DNA of 64,000 nucleotides, from positions 4,030,001 to 4,094,000 of the forward strand of contig CATNEN010000033.1 of NCBI GenBank assembly GCA_950097015.1, given 5' to 3'. Under the pieces are notes generated by a model. It did no database searches, had not been told where the DNA came from, and was given only the letters and a program-made list of their open reading frames with translations. Made by a program: the position numbers and the translations under genes. This document shows positions 36,416 to 49,181 of the stretch, one piece after another (position 1 is the first letter of the stretch; the number at the start of each line of letters is the position of its first letter). Source of the DNA: Macrostomum hystrix. Its lineage: Eukaryota; Animalia; Platyhelminthes.

Positions 36416-38499
36416 AAGTATTTTAAGTTTCTATAAAATTTCAGCCCTAAGATTCGAAGTTATTTTTATATTTTTTTTCTATTACGTCAGAGCGCAACAG
36501 TCCCAAGAAGTTTCACTTTGAAATCCACAGGCATCTACTGATTGCAGCCAGCCATTATTAAAAAATGCACAGCCTACCCAGGGAGACAATGTTCAGTGCT
36601 TGAACTTTAAAAGCCTTGTCTCTAGTATGGACGCCGAGCAGAAGCGATTATGCTATGATGCACTGCGAAACCGCTTATAAATCATTACCGATGCCCCAGC
36701 AGGGACTAGCGGGATGCGCACGGTACAGGCAGACAGAACAGACCGGATGGCAACTAATTGGAATTGATTAGTCTAGGCTATAATCAGACAGGGCAGCGGT
36801 ACATGAGGTCGGAGCGGCTGCACGCTGAAAATTACCTAAGCCAGCTGCTACAGCTGATGTCACTCTGAGCTGATAGTGCTCAAGCACCAAAAGTCTACGC
36901 TACCGGACCACTGTCGCATGATAGAATAAGAATAGCGACACGATGGGCACGATATGAGAGGGGAGAAATAAATGATGCAGTAATCCAGCTGAGGATAGCT
37001 ATAGATCAAGGAAATTCGCGCCACTAGCTACATGGGGACTGCACTGAAAAGGGATCAGGGAAACAATGGAGAGGAGAAATTGCTAGATTTACCAGTTGAA
37101 TGTGTCTCTGCAGCTGTGTTGGAGTTTTGACCGTTTTCAAATTTTCCTTGAGCTTTCATGACTGCTCAATGAGCTGCACGATTTGGCAGCAACAAAGATA
37201 TTGATTTTGCTAGCTATGATAAATCGCAGTCATGATTCGGTGATTGCTTAGTCATTTAGGACAATGAGGGGGAATTCTAGCCCGTCGTTGCGCTGATTTT
37301 TGTTCGCAGATTAGAACCTGAATTTCGAATCATAATTTTTTGTGTTATCATTTTTATTGAGGATTTTATAGAATATGTAGAATTTTATATGTAGAATGCG
37401 AGTAGAGATAAGCTGCCGTCGTTTAGCTTTAGCTGTAAGCTACTTGCGCATAATTGCTAACTATTATTTGGGTAGGTCTAACTTGTTGCTATTTTTAGAA
37501 GCAACCTTGAGGAAAATCCCTTATTTTATATACACGCGAGTCAAGCAAAAGGCTTATCTCAGCCAATCAAATTTTGAAGGCCGATAATTAGCCGTAAATG
37601 TTATATTACTGCAGACACACTCCTATCTTAAAATCCGAAAAAGGAAAGCATGCAGAGTAGAATGAGAAGTTAACTGTAGATTATCCCGACCGGAATATCG
37701 CAGAGTCAGACAGATACACTTTTATCCAGACAGAAAATGTCTCTCGCTGTGGCCTGTTATGTCTGTCTGTCTGCTTTGACAGCAACCACTTTGTCACATC
37801 TGGCTACTCAGCCAGAAAGCTGAGCAGTGGGCTATAGGGGCAGGCTTAATCGTCGACAAAATCCTATAACCAATCCTATACCCTATAACGGAACAACGGT
37901 ACTTTCTGCACACCTAATAGCTAAGGCTACTTATAGTCACCATGCGGCACTGTCTGCTCTATCTGTACCATGTGCGGCTGCAATCATGCTAGCAAGCAAG
38001 GCTTAATGCTTCTTTACAGAAGAGAAGGAATGTTTTTAGGTAAATAAGCAGCAACAGCAGCAGCAGCAAATGTAAGGGTTCAGCTGGGAGTGGCGGAAGC
38101 AGGGCCAGCACATAGCTAGAGATCGGTCTTCTTTTTAGAGCGAAGATACTAAACTGTGGGGACTCGGCAGCTCCCCATTGTGCATGGCATATATGATATG
38201 ACACTTTAGTCCAGCAGTACTGCGTAGCTACCGCACCATGTGCAGTTCTTTATGCTGCATTTGCAGACACGAACGTCAATATCTTGTATTCGATATTTGT
38301 AACGTCAGAGGTATGCCATATCACAAATATTTCCCGTAAACCATAACTGTATTCTTAGAGTTCGTCTGTCCCACCCGTTTCACTCCTTCCGCAATGTCTT
38401 CTTTACTGCTCTCGGCCACATTTAGCTCTTTTAGTTCCTTTATCCTTCTGCTTCCCTCATTTGCTGCTAGCCTTCCACAACACATATAGTATTCTCGTC

Positions 38500-39230
38500 T
38501 TCTCTCCTCCCTCATCCACTCTCCCCCCTCTCCTCCCCTCATCCACTCCCCCCTATTCTCCACTCATCCACTCCCCCCTCTTCTCCACTCATCCACTCCC
38601 CCCTCTCCTCCACTCATCCACTCCCCCCCTCTTCTCCACTCATCCACTCCCCCCCTCTTCTCCACTCATCCACTCTCCCCCTCTCCTCCACTCATCCACT
38701 CCCCCCTCTCCTCCCCTCATCCACTCCCCCCTATTCTCCACTCATCCACTCCCCCCTCTCCTCCCCTCATCCACTCCCCCCTCTCCTCCACTCATCCACT
38801 CCCCCCCTCTTCTCCACTCATCCACTCCCCCCCTCTTCTCCACTCATCCACTCCCCCCTCTCCTCCCCTCATCCACTCCCCCCTCTCCTCCACTCATCCA
38901 CTCACCCCTTCTTCTCCACTCATCCACTCCCCCCCTCTTCTCCACTCATCCACTCTCCCCCTCTCCTCCACTCATCCACTCCCCCCTCTCCTCCCCTCAT
39001 CCACTCCCCCCTCTCCTCCACTCATCCACTCCCCCCCTCTTCTCCACTCATCCACTCCCCCCTCTTCTCCACTCATCCACTCCCCCCCTCTTCTCCACTC
39101 ATCCACTCCCCCCCTCTTCTCCACTCATCCACTCCCCCCCTCTTCTCCACTCATCCACTCCCCCCCCTCTTCTCCACTCATCCACTCCCCCCCTCTACTC
39201 CCCTCATCTACTCTTCCCCTCTCCTCCCTT
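38500..39230. repeat. Pyrimidine-rich degenerate array (ctccactcatccactccccccct-type)
   Basis: C/T-rich ~13-27-bp units; explains ORF 38461..39237. Confidence 0.92.
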
Positions 39231-39679
39231 CACATAGCCATTGCTCGCTGCACATAGCAAGGTCAAGTAAGAGTATTGTGGCCTTGTAAAGTAGCCTAGC
39301 TTGTGTAGCTCTGCTTAAGTCTCCAGTCTGAGTCTACTCAAAATGGCTGGATATGTCACCCAACCCTATTGATTTTTCTAAATACTTGGCTATTCAGCGT
39401 TGTCCTAAAACCTTGTGCATTTTTGAAAGGGTTATTCGGATGATAAAAATAAGTATGAAATTCATAAACTACAGTTTGTTATAACGCTTTCATGAAAATA
39501 ACCAAATAGCTGTCATTTTTGCTAACTACATAACAAACTAATTTGTACCCACTGAACTTGTGGCTGCGAATGACTTACCCAGCCTTTAGAATCATGTCTA
39601 CAAGGCTGGTATTCAATGCTGTCTAAATTAAGAACAAGAAGCACATAAACTTCGGTGGATTAATATGGTGCTGCTTTAA

Positions 39680-42600
39680 TAGGATTCGAGTAGCTTCATT
39701 TGGGATTAGAGTAGCTTCATTTAGGATTAGAGTAGCTTCATTTGGGATTAGAGTAGCTTCATTTGGGATTAGAGTAGCTTCATTTGGGATTAGAGTAGCT
39801 TCATTTAGGATTAGAGTAGCTTCATTGGGATTAGAGTAGCTTCATTGGGATTAGAGTAGCTTCATTTGGGATTAGAGTAGCTTCATTGGGATTAGAGTAG
39901 CTTCATTTAGGATTAGTGTAGCTTCATTGGGATTAGAGTAGCTTCATTGGGATTAGAGTAGCTTCATTTAGGATTAGAGTAGCCTCATGTGGGATTAGAG
40001 TAGCTTCATTTGGGATTAGAGTAGCTTCATTGGGATTAGAGTAGCTTCATTTGGGATTAGAGTAGCTTCATTGGGATTAGAGTAGCTTCATTGGGATTAG
40101 AGTAGCTTCATTTAGGATTAGAGTAGCCTCATGTGGGATTAGAGTAGCTTCATTTGGGATTAGAGTAGCCTCATGTGGGATTAGAGTAGCTTCATTTGGG
40201 ATTAGAGTAGCTTCATTGGGATTAGAGTAGCTTCATTTGGGATTAGAGTAGCTTCATTGGGATTAGAGTAGCTTCATTTAGGATTAGTGTAGCTTCATTG
40301 GGATTAGAGTAGCTTCATTGGGATTAGAGTAGCTTCATTGGGATTAGAGTAGCTTCATTGGGATTAGAGTAGCTTCATTTGGGATTAGAGTAGCTTCATT
40401 GGGATTAGAGTAGCTTCATTGGGATTAGAGTAGCTTCATTTGGGATTAGAGTAGCTTCATTGGGATTAGAGTAGCTTCATTTGGGATTAGAGTAGCCTCA
40501 TGTGGGATTAGAGTATCTTCATTTGGGATTAGAGTAGCTTCATTTGGGATGAGAGTAGCTTCATTTGGGATTAGAGTAGCTTCATTTAGGATTAGAGTAG
40601 CTTCATTTGGGATTAGAGTAGCTTCATTTAGGATTAGAGTAGCTTCATTTAGGATTAGAGTAGCTTCATTTAGGATTAGAGTAGCTTCATTTGGGATTAG
40701 AGTAGCTTCATTTAGGATTAGAGTAGCTTCATTTAGGATTAGAGTAGCTTCATTTGGGATTAGAGTAGCTTCATTTGGGATTAGAGTAGCTTCATTTGGG
40801 ATTAGAGTAGCTTCATTTAGGATTAGAGTAGCTTCATTGGGATTAGAGTAGCTTCATTTGGGATTAGAGTAGCCTCATGTGGGATTAGAGTAGCTTCATT
40901 TGGGATTAGAGTAGCTTCATTGGGATTAGAGTAGCTTCATTTGGGATTAGAGTAGCTTCATTTAGGATTAGAGTAGCTTCATTTGGGATTAGAGTAGCTT
41001 CATTTAGGATTAGAGTAGCTTCATTTAGGATTAGAGTAGCTTCATTTGGGATTAGAGTAGCTTCATTTGGGATTAGAGTAGCTTCATTTGGGATTAGAGT
41101 AGCTTCATTTAGGATTAGAGTAGCTTCATTTAGGATTAGAGTAGCTTCATTTGGGATTAGAGTAGCTTCATTGGGATTAGAGTAGCTTCATTTAGGATTA
41201 GAGTAGCTTCATTTGGGATTAGAGTAGCTTCATTTGGGATTAGAGTAGCTTCATTGGGATTAGAGTAGCTTCATTTAGGATTAGAGTAGCTTCATTGGGA
41301 TTAGAGTAGCTTCATTGGGATTAGAGTAGCTTCATTGGGATTAGAGTAGCTTCATTTGGGATTAGAGTAGCTTCATTGGGATTAGAGTAGCTTCATTGGG
41401 ATTAGAGTAGCTTCATTTGGGATTAGAGTAGCTTCATTGGGATTAGAGTAGCTTCATTGGGATTAGAGTAGCTTCATTGGGATTAGAGTAGCTTCATTGG
41501 GATTAGAGTAGCTTCATTTAGGATTAGAGTAGCCTCATGTGGGATTAGAGTAGCTTCATTTGGGATTAGAGTAGCCTCATGTGGGATTAGAGTAGCTTCA
41601 TTTGGGATTAGAGTAGCTTCATTGGGATTAGAGTAGCTTCATTTGGGATTAGAGTAGCTTCATTTAGGATTAGAGTAGCTTCATTTAGGATTAGAGTAGC
41701 TTCATTTGGGATTAGAGTAGCTTCATTTGGGATTAGAGTAGCTTCATTTGGGATTAGAGTAGCTTCATTTAGGATTAGAGTAGCTTCATTGGGATTAGAG
41801 TAGCTTCATTTGGGATTAGAGTAGCCTCATGTGGGATTAGAGTAGCTTCATTTGGGATTAGAGTAGCTTCATTTGGGATTAGAGTAGCTTCATTTGGGAT
41901 TAGAGTAGCTTCATTTAGGATTAGAGTAGCTTCATTTGGGATTAGAGTAGCTTCATTTAGGATTAGAGTAGCTTCATTTAGGATTAGAGTAGCTTCATTT
42001 GGGATTAGAGTAGCTTCATTTGGGATTAGAGTAGCTTCATTTGGGATTAGAGTAGCTTCATTTAGGATTAGAGTAGCTTCATTTAGGATTAGAGTAGCTT
42101 CATTTGGGATTAGAGTAGCTTCATTGGGATTAGAGTAGCTTCATTTAGGATTAGAGTAGCTTCATTTGGGATTAGAGTAGCTTCATTTGGGATTAGAGTA
42201 GCTTCATTGGGATTAGAGTAGCTTCATTTAGGATTAGAGTAGCTTCATTGGGATTAGAGTAGCTTCATTGGGATTAGAGTAGCTTCATTGGGATTAGAGT
42301 AGCTTCATTTGGGATTAGAGTAGCTTCATTTGGGATTAGAGTAGCTTCATTGGGATTAGAGTAGCTTCATTGGGATTAGAGTAGCTTCATTTGGGATTAG
42401 AGTAGCTTCATTGGGATTAGAGTAGCTTCATTTGGGATTAGAGTAGCCTCATGTGGGATTAGAGTATCTTCATTTGGGATTAGAGTAGCTTCATTTAGGA
42501 TTAGAGTAGCTTCATTTGGGATTAGAGTAGCTTCATTGGGATTAGAGTAGCTTCATTTGGGATTAGAGTAGCCTCATGTGGGATTAGAGTAGCTTCATTT

Positions 42601-43800
42601 GGGATTAGAGTAGCTTCATTTGGGATTAGAGTAGCTTCATTTGGGATTAGAGTAGCTTCATTTAGGATTAGAGTAGCTTCATTTGGGATTAGAGTAGCTT
42701 CATTTAGGATTAGAGTAGCTTCATTTAGGATTAGAGTAGCTTCATTTGGGATTAGAGTAGCTTCATTTGGGATTAGAGTAGCTTCATTTGGGATTAGAGT
42801 AGCTTCATTTAGGATTAGAGTAGCTTCATTTAGGATTAGAGTAGCTTCATTTGGGATTAGAGTAGCTTCATTGGGATTAGAGTAGCTTCATTTAGGATTA
42901 GAGTAGCTTCATTTGGGATTAGAGTAGCTTCATTTGGGATTAGAGTAGCTTCATTGGGATTAGAGTAGCTTCATTTAGGATTAGAGTAGCTTCATTTGGG
43001 ATTAGAGTAGCTTCATTGGGATTAGAGTAGCTTCATTGGGATTAGAGTAGCTTCATTTGGGATTAGAGTAGCTTCATTGGGATTAGAGTAGCTTCATTGG
43101 GATTAGAGTAGCTTCATTTGGGATTAGAGTAGCTTCATTGGGATTAGAGTAGCTTCATTGGGATTAGAGTAGCTTCATTGGGATTAGAGTAGCTTCATTG
43201 GGATTAGAGTAGCTTCATTTGGGATTAGAGTAGCTTCATTTGGGATTAGAGTAGCTTCATTGGGATTAGAGTAGCTTCATTTGGGATTAGAGTAGCTTCA
43301 TTGGGATTAGAGTAGCTTCATTGGGATTAGAGTAGCTTCATTTGGGATTAGAGTAGCTTCATTGGGATTAGAGTAGCTTCATTGGGATTAGAGTAGCTTC
43401 ATTGGGATTAGAGTAGCTTCATTGGGATTAGAGTAGCTTCATTTGGGATTAGAGTAGCTTCATTGGGATTAGAGTAGCTTCATTGGGATTAGAGTAGCTT
43501 CATTGGGATTAGAGTAGCTTCATTGGGATTAGAGTAGCTTCATTGGGATTAGAGTAGCTTCATTTGGGATTAGAGTAGCTTCATTGGGATTAGAGTAGCT
43601 TCATTGGGATTAGAGTAGCTTCATTTGGGATTAGAGTAGCTTCATATGGGATTAGAGTAGCTTCATTTGGGATTAGAGTAGCTTCATTGGGATTAGAGTA
43701 GCTTCATTGGGATTAGAGTAGCTTCATTTGGGATTAGAGTAGCTTCATTTGGGATTAGAGTAGCTTCATTGGGATTAGAGTAGCTTCATATGGGATTAGC
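39680..43800. repeat. 4.1-kb 20/21-bp satellite (gggattagagtagcttcattt)n
   Basis: About 200 near-identical copies with four recurring variants (ttgg, tttgg, tttag, cctcatgtgg). Confidence 0.98.
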
Positions 43801-46470
43801 ATATCAAGTGTCCCATGTCAATCCTTCATTGGGATCAGAACAGTACCTTTCAAAATCACCGGAGCGTCTTGGAGTTGGAGCCCACAGCTGATCCCCACAC
43901 GAGTCCACTCACCAGCAGATGAGGAGAAGTTCTCAGCAGCTCCGTCAGCGGCGCCATCAACGGCGGTAGGAAGCGGCCACCGGTGCCAAGAGCCGGCGCC
44001 TGCGAGTTGGTCGCAATACCAGCGCGGTACATGGCCAAAATGCTGCTCTCGAAAGCAGTTTTTCTGTATCTAGCTAATTGAGTTCGGAGCTTTCTACAAA
44101 AGGCTCAATGGCATCCCAGTGGCACAGCGGGTGGGAAGAAGTAAAGATAAGTCGCTGGGAGCAAAGACGAGCGCCTGTGCTTTATACTGTGTCCGCACTG
44201 CCGCATAGATAGATATACACAGCTATGCATGGATATATGAATACACGGCGGGGCCCGGCACCGAATCACAGTTCCCAGACAGGTCGGGGGCCAGGGGGTT
44301 TGGAAGCTAGAAAGAGAAGGATGGCATGGGGGAGGAGAAGGGGAACGCAAAAAATGAGAGAATTCCTCTTTGTCTGGAATCCGGGTGGCTGGCTGGCGGC
44401 TGTGGGAAAAAATTTCCCGTGGGGTTGGCGCGGGGAGTATTTTTGCGATAGGGGCGGGGGAGCCACCGCAGAACAGGGGTTAGCTAGGATAAAAGGTAAA
44501 GGAGTGGAGTGGAGGTTATAAAAGTTCGCGGGTGTCCAGGACAAGGAGAGGGTAGAAGAGCAGAGGTTATGGATCCAGCGACCAATCCTGTCGGACAGTG
44601 GATCGGGTGTACGGCGGGGGTCAAAATAGAAATTTGGGGGCCACTACAGAGAGCGCCGACCCAAGCAAATGTTTTACTCTTATGCCACCCCCCTGTGCCG
44701 TCAGACAATTCAGTCTGTGGGAGCGGTGGGGTGGGCGGCAGTCTGGTGGGGTGGGTTTTAGGCCGTCATAGTCTATTATTATAGGCCCCCGAGGTCAGGC
44801 AGAGCCTTTTTAGATTCAATTTGAGTTGAGCGGCTGCTCCTAAACTATTAGGCACTATAGAAGGAAGGGTGACAGGACAGAGAGAGACAGTTGAATGATG
44901 AGGGAGAGGTCTGGCCAGTCCAGGGGATAGAGCCTGTCTGGGATAGCGCACGTCCTTTACCACTGGATTGTTTTTCATTTATTACTATATAAGCATACAA
45001 AATATTATTGCTGAGATAGCGGAGCGCTGGGGTGGCGGGCTAGCTAAGGCTGTCCACCCGTATTTTCTTAATGTTGCGGCTGCCCGTTTTTTTATGATTA
45101 GGGAGTTGAGGGGTTGTGGGCCGGCCGGGCCAGGGGGTCGCGCAGACTTTTGAGGTGTCCCGACTAACCCCGAACAACCCCAGCCGACCACCCCACGGCC
45201 ACTCCTACAGCCGCGAACAGGCGACAAACGGGTTTGTTTGGGGTGTGTTATACTGGTGTCTGCCGTTTGTGTTGCATTTTATATTTCACTCTTATTCACT
45301 GCGTCTGGGTGGAGAGCGTAGGACAGCAAAACAAACTCGTTTAACCTCAGTTCTCTATTCTTGCCCGGGCCAGTGGAAATGAAAGGGCTCGCAAATGCGA
45401 AATAGATGCACCATTCATCTTGGAATCTCTACACTACAGAGAAGGCTGAAATGAAGAATATAATAAGGATGACCCGACGGCTGACAGAATGACACTGGCG
45501 GCAAAAGTTGGCAAAACACACGCCCACAGTGCACACACCCACCGCACTCACAGTCAGGCACTGCTCTGCATTGCACAGTGTATTGTGTAGACTTAATAGA
45601 CAATTTAAAGAGAGAACGGGAGAACGGGAGAACGGGGCAGCGGAAAATGCAGGCCATCATATAGTGTTAGCTGGCCGCACTGTGGTCTCATTCTGACAGC
45701 TGCCATCTACCAGTTTTGTTCCATCTGCTCAATTGGTGCAGGGGCTGCCTGTCTGTCTGGCTGCAGACTAAAGCCTAATGAATTGTACTATGAAATGACC
45801 CGAGCCAGTCAGACCTCTCCTGTTGTTTGCCATATGATACGAGTGCGATGTGTGGGCCGGGGTGGGATGGAAGGAAAATGACTATCGGGCCAGAACACTC
45901 TAGTCCCCTCCTAATACCAGCCAGCTGTGACCCAGGCCCAAGGAGTTGGTTGGACTATTTTTAGACACCAAAAGCCTGCGTGTTTGGGTTGGGTCTTAAG
46001 GTTAAGCTGGCAAGCCGCTGCAGGGTATGCAGGCCACACAAACCAAAACACTATTTTTACAGATCTTTCATCAGTCCTCTCCTCACACTGCAGTCTGGAA
46101 AGTTCCACTTTCAAGTACTAAATGGAATGAATGCTTTGTTTTAAATAAGTTCAACAGTTATGCGATATTATTATTACGCCCGTATTATTCCATAGTCCAT
46201 GACATTTGCTTAGCTGAATTTCCCAATATAGCTAGCATTTTGTTAATGATATAGATACATCAGCCGCAACCATGACAATGCTACTTTATTATATTGCTGT
46301 TTCTATGTGGGGGGCATTGGCAGAGTCAGCAGACAAATAGCATGTGATGTCTGCTGCCTCATGGTCATACTTTATGCGCATCTGAAATACTGCATGAAAT
46401 ATTCATTAGCTATAAACTAAAACTCACTACAACATTGAGACAAGTATATAATTATTTGTTATGCATACTA

Positions 46471-48102
46471 TAGCATTTTGCAAGCTATTGCAGACTACGA
46501 GCAAGCAATTTAATCCCAGAGAGCAAAAACACACGCATTTCGAGCCTCGATGCTAACTGTCTATGGTAAAAAGTGTGTCAAACCGGCAGGCAATTCATTC
46601 CATAGAGCACTCATTTAAGCACTGAAGCCCACAAACAGCGCTGTCTATGACGTTCCTCTCTCCGTTTTTCATCATGTCAGGCGAAAGTGACCAAGCCAGC
46701 ACCATTTTTGAAGACATCGACGGAATCGCTGCCGAAGATGACGGAGCGCCACCTGTGCAATATGCAAAGATTGGCGACGAAAAGCACAAATTGATAATCG
46801 ACGCTATCGACAGAGGCGATAACAACAGAAGCATTGCGCGCTGGCTAAATGTAAAGGCCAAGACCGTTGCTAGCATTCGAAGACGGTACGAAATTACTGG
46901 CCGCATGCAGTAAACGGCTGCGACGTGGCGGTGACCATTCGTCAAAGATGGCATTTGAACATGTCCAGGCGCTGCTGATAGCACTGGACCAGAATCCTCT
47001 CTTGACTTTGAAAGAGATGCAGCCTATTTTACTGGATCAGTTTCCTGGAGTGCAAGTGAGTGAAGCAACCGTGAGTCGTTCTCTGGACAAGCAGCTGATT
47101 ACGTCAAAGTGCCTCGGTCGCGATGCTGATGTCCCGGAAGCAAGAAACAATCCAGCCAACATAGCACGCAGGCAAGAATTCGCACAGTGGTTGACAGGCC
47201 TACCGATAGATTGCCAGCTGGTGTATGTGGACGAAACGGGATTCAACATTTGGACCCGTCGGTCATTTGGACGCACCAGAAGAGGTCAGCGAGTTCGCCG
47301 AGTTCTACACACACAGCGAGGTGTGCAAGTAAATGTAATTCAAGCTACTTCTTCTGACATAGGCCTGGTTCATCATAAAATTATCGCTCAGACACTGACT
47401 GGCCAAGTGTTCCAGACATTTATAGAAGAATTGTTTCTTGCTGTTACCAACCACAACAATGGAATCATCGATGGGCAGTGGTTCATCGTGATGGACGGAG
47501 CCCGGTTCCACAATGCGGCCAGAATTCCGGCCCAGTTCGCGGCAAACTGGCACATCGTGGTTTTCCAGCTGTGCAACTGGAACTCGACACTCCGCCTCCG
47601 GAAACCACGCTACGTGACTGGCGTGTCCTGGTGCTGCAGAGACTTTCCGAGGAAGCGACAGCAGAGATCACACTTGTGAAGTGCGGCGGCTGGTTCAGGC
47701 AGATGCTGCACTATGTTCCGCGCTGCATCGCTGGGGAGGTGATTATGTAACTTTCTGAAGCCTCAACTTATGTAAAAACCTTTCTGTGGGTTTCTTTCTA
47801 TGCTGCAAGGTTTCGTTAAGTGAAGTTGTTAAGTGAATTCTTATTTTATCACATGGAGCTTCCAGGTTGATTCGGTTGGAGGCATGCATCAAGTAAATTG
47901 AAATGTAGGATTAATATATCGCCGCTGAGTGCTTTAACGGTCTTAGCACGAGTGCGCGAAGCGTGCTCGATGGATTAAATTGCCTGCCGGTTTGACACAC
48001 CTTTTACCATAGACAGTTAGCATCGAGGCTCGAAATGCGTGTGTTTTTGCTCTCTGGGACTAAATTGCTTGCTCGTAGTCTGCAATAGCTTCCAAAATGC
48101 TA
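46471..48102 (+). mobile_element. Tc1/mariner (IS630-Tc1) DNA transposon, defective
   Basis: 125-bp TIRs (46471-46595 and 47978-48102, 3 mismatches) flanked by TA on both sides. It encloses HTH (IARWLNVKAKTV) and catalytic (YVDETG, VMDGARFH) coding segments. Confidence 0.92.
46647..47750 (+). pseudogene. Disrupted Tc1-like transposase
   Basis: Three frames. 46647-46913 is the HTH, ending in a stop/frameshift at GRMQ*. 46867-~47565 carries DETG at 47230 and DGARFH at 47494. The C-terminus in ORF 47478..47750 reads AEITLVKCGGWFRQMLHYVPRCIAGE. The expected LPxYSPxLNPIE motif with the third acidic residue is absent. Confidence 0.85.
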
Positions 48103-48599
48103 TAATAATACAGTATTAACGAAGTGCACCGCGACATTGCGGTAGGACTTTAGGGCCGCAGTTCTTTGTAATCTTAAAACTGAACTGAGCACACCTACTC
48201 ACGAGTGCGGCCATGTGAGTCACCGGCCAGTTGACTCAATTCTATTACTGTACAATCTTTAAAACAGTAAGTGAGAAGCAGTACAAGGTTCAGTAGGTGA
48301 AAGTGACGCACTGTAGCAGATAAGAAACATTTCATTTATGATTCGATTTAAAAGACTGGCTTTCCGGTGTCTCTCAGCACAACGCGTGCAGAGCGAAGTT
48401 CTGTTGGCAAAATAACTGTTGCTAGTCTAGTGTTTTTCTCTCACCCCATAGCCCATACAGCTAGTTAGCTTAAATTCGTTAATATTATATCTACTTACTC
48501 ATAGTAACAAGTTTTGTCCAAAAAACGATTTTTGTGTGTAGTGCATTTTATTTTCAGCGTTTTTATCACCTTTCAGTAAACAGAAAACACTCTGACCTC

Positions 48600-49113
48600 T
48601 GCCTGAAAACTCTGGGCGAGTGTGGAGGGCTCACCATCCTCTCGAATGGGGCCCCGGCCACTTTACTCCGGAGCCACAGGTATACAAGGTCAGCATCCTC
48701 CCTCGTAATGAGGTAAAGGACTGCTGGGCTGACCAAGAATTTTTCTATACCAACACTGTAGCAAGAACTCAAGCGTTTTCCAAAACGAAATGCTCGCCAT
48801 CAGTCTCTGTGCGGCTGAACTGCGCCAGAGGCAGCTGACTGGACGTAGGATCCTTTTTCACTCCGACAGTCAAGCAGCCCTCAAGGCCCTCAGCCGCTGC
48901 ACCTCTCGCTCCAGAACCACCTTGGACTGCCACACCCAGTTAAACGGGTTGGCGCAGTCTAACAAGGTGGAGCTGATGTGGATCCCTGGACACGCCGGGC
49001 TCACAGGGAATGAGATGGCGGACCAGCTTGCTAAGGCTGGCGCAGCCAGCTCCCTGATGGGCCCGAAGGCCACGATCCCCGCTTCTGTAGATTTTCCTCT
49101 GCATGGGGCCTAA
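48600..49113 (+). mobile_element. Degenerate non-LTR retrotransposon fragment (RNase H domain)
   Basis: SVFQNEMLAISLCA..ILFHSDSQAALKAL..VELMWIPGHAGLTGNEMADQLAKAGA is the RNase HI signature of RNase-H-bearing LINE clades (I/LOA/R1 group). The N-terminal DGS motif is missing after ..QEFFYT. Confidence 0.8.
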
Positions 49114-49167
49114 CAAAATGCACAAAGGAAAACGGAAAATTGTCGAATTTCCCTAACTTTAGCTTCC

Positions 49168-49181
49168 GTTTCCATGGAAAC
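49168..49181. promoter_or_regulatory. Perfect palindromic RFX X-box-like motif GTTTCCATGGAAAC
   Basis: 14-bp perfect palindrome fitting the GTHNYY-AT-RRNAAC consensus; target gene not evident. Confidence 0.35.

Noticed and set aside
36092-40851. Repeat ORFs at 36092, 38461 and 40549
   Set aside because: Translations of tandem arrays.
39680-43800. Telomeric repeat (ttagg/ggattag words)
   Set aside because: The unit is 20-21 bp with no (TTAGGG)n run.
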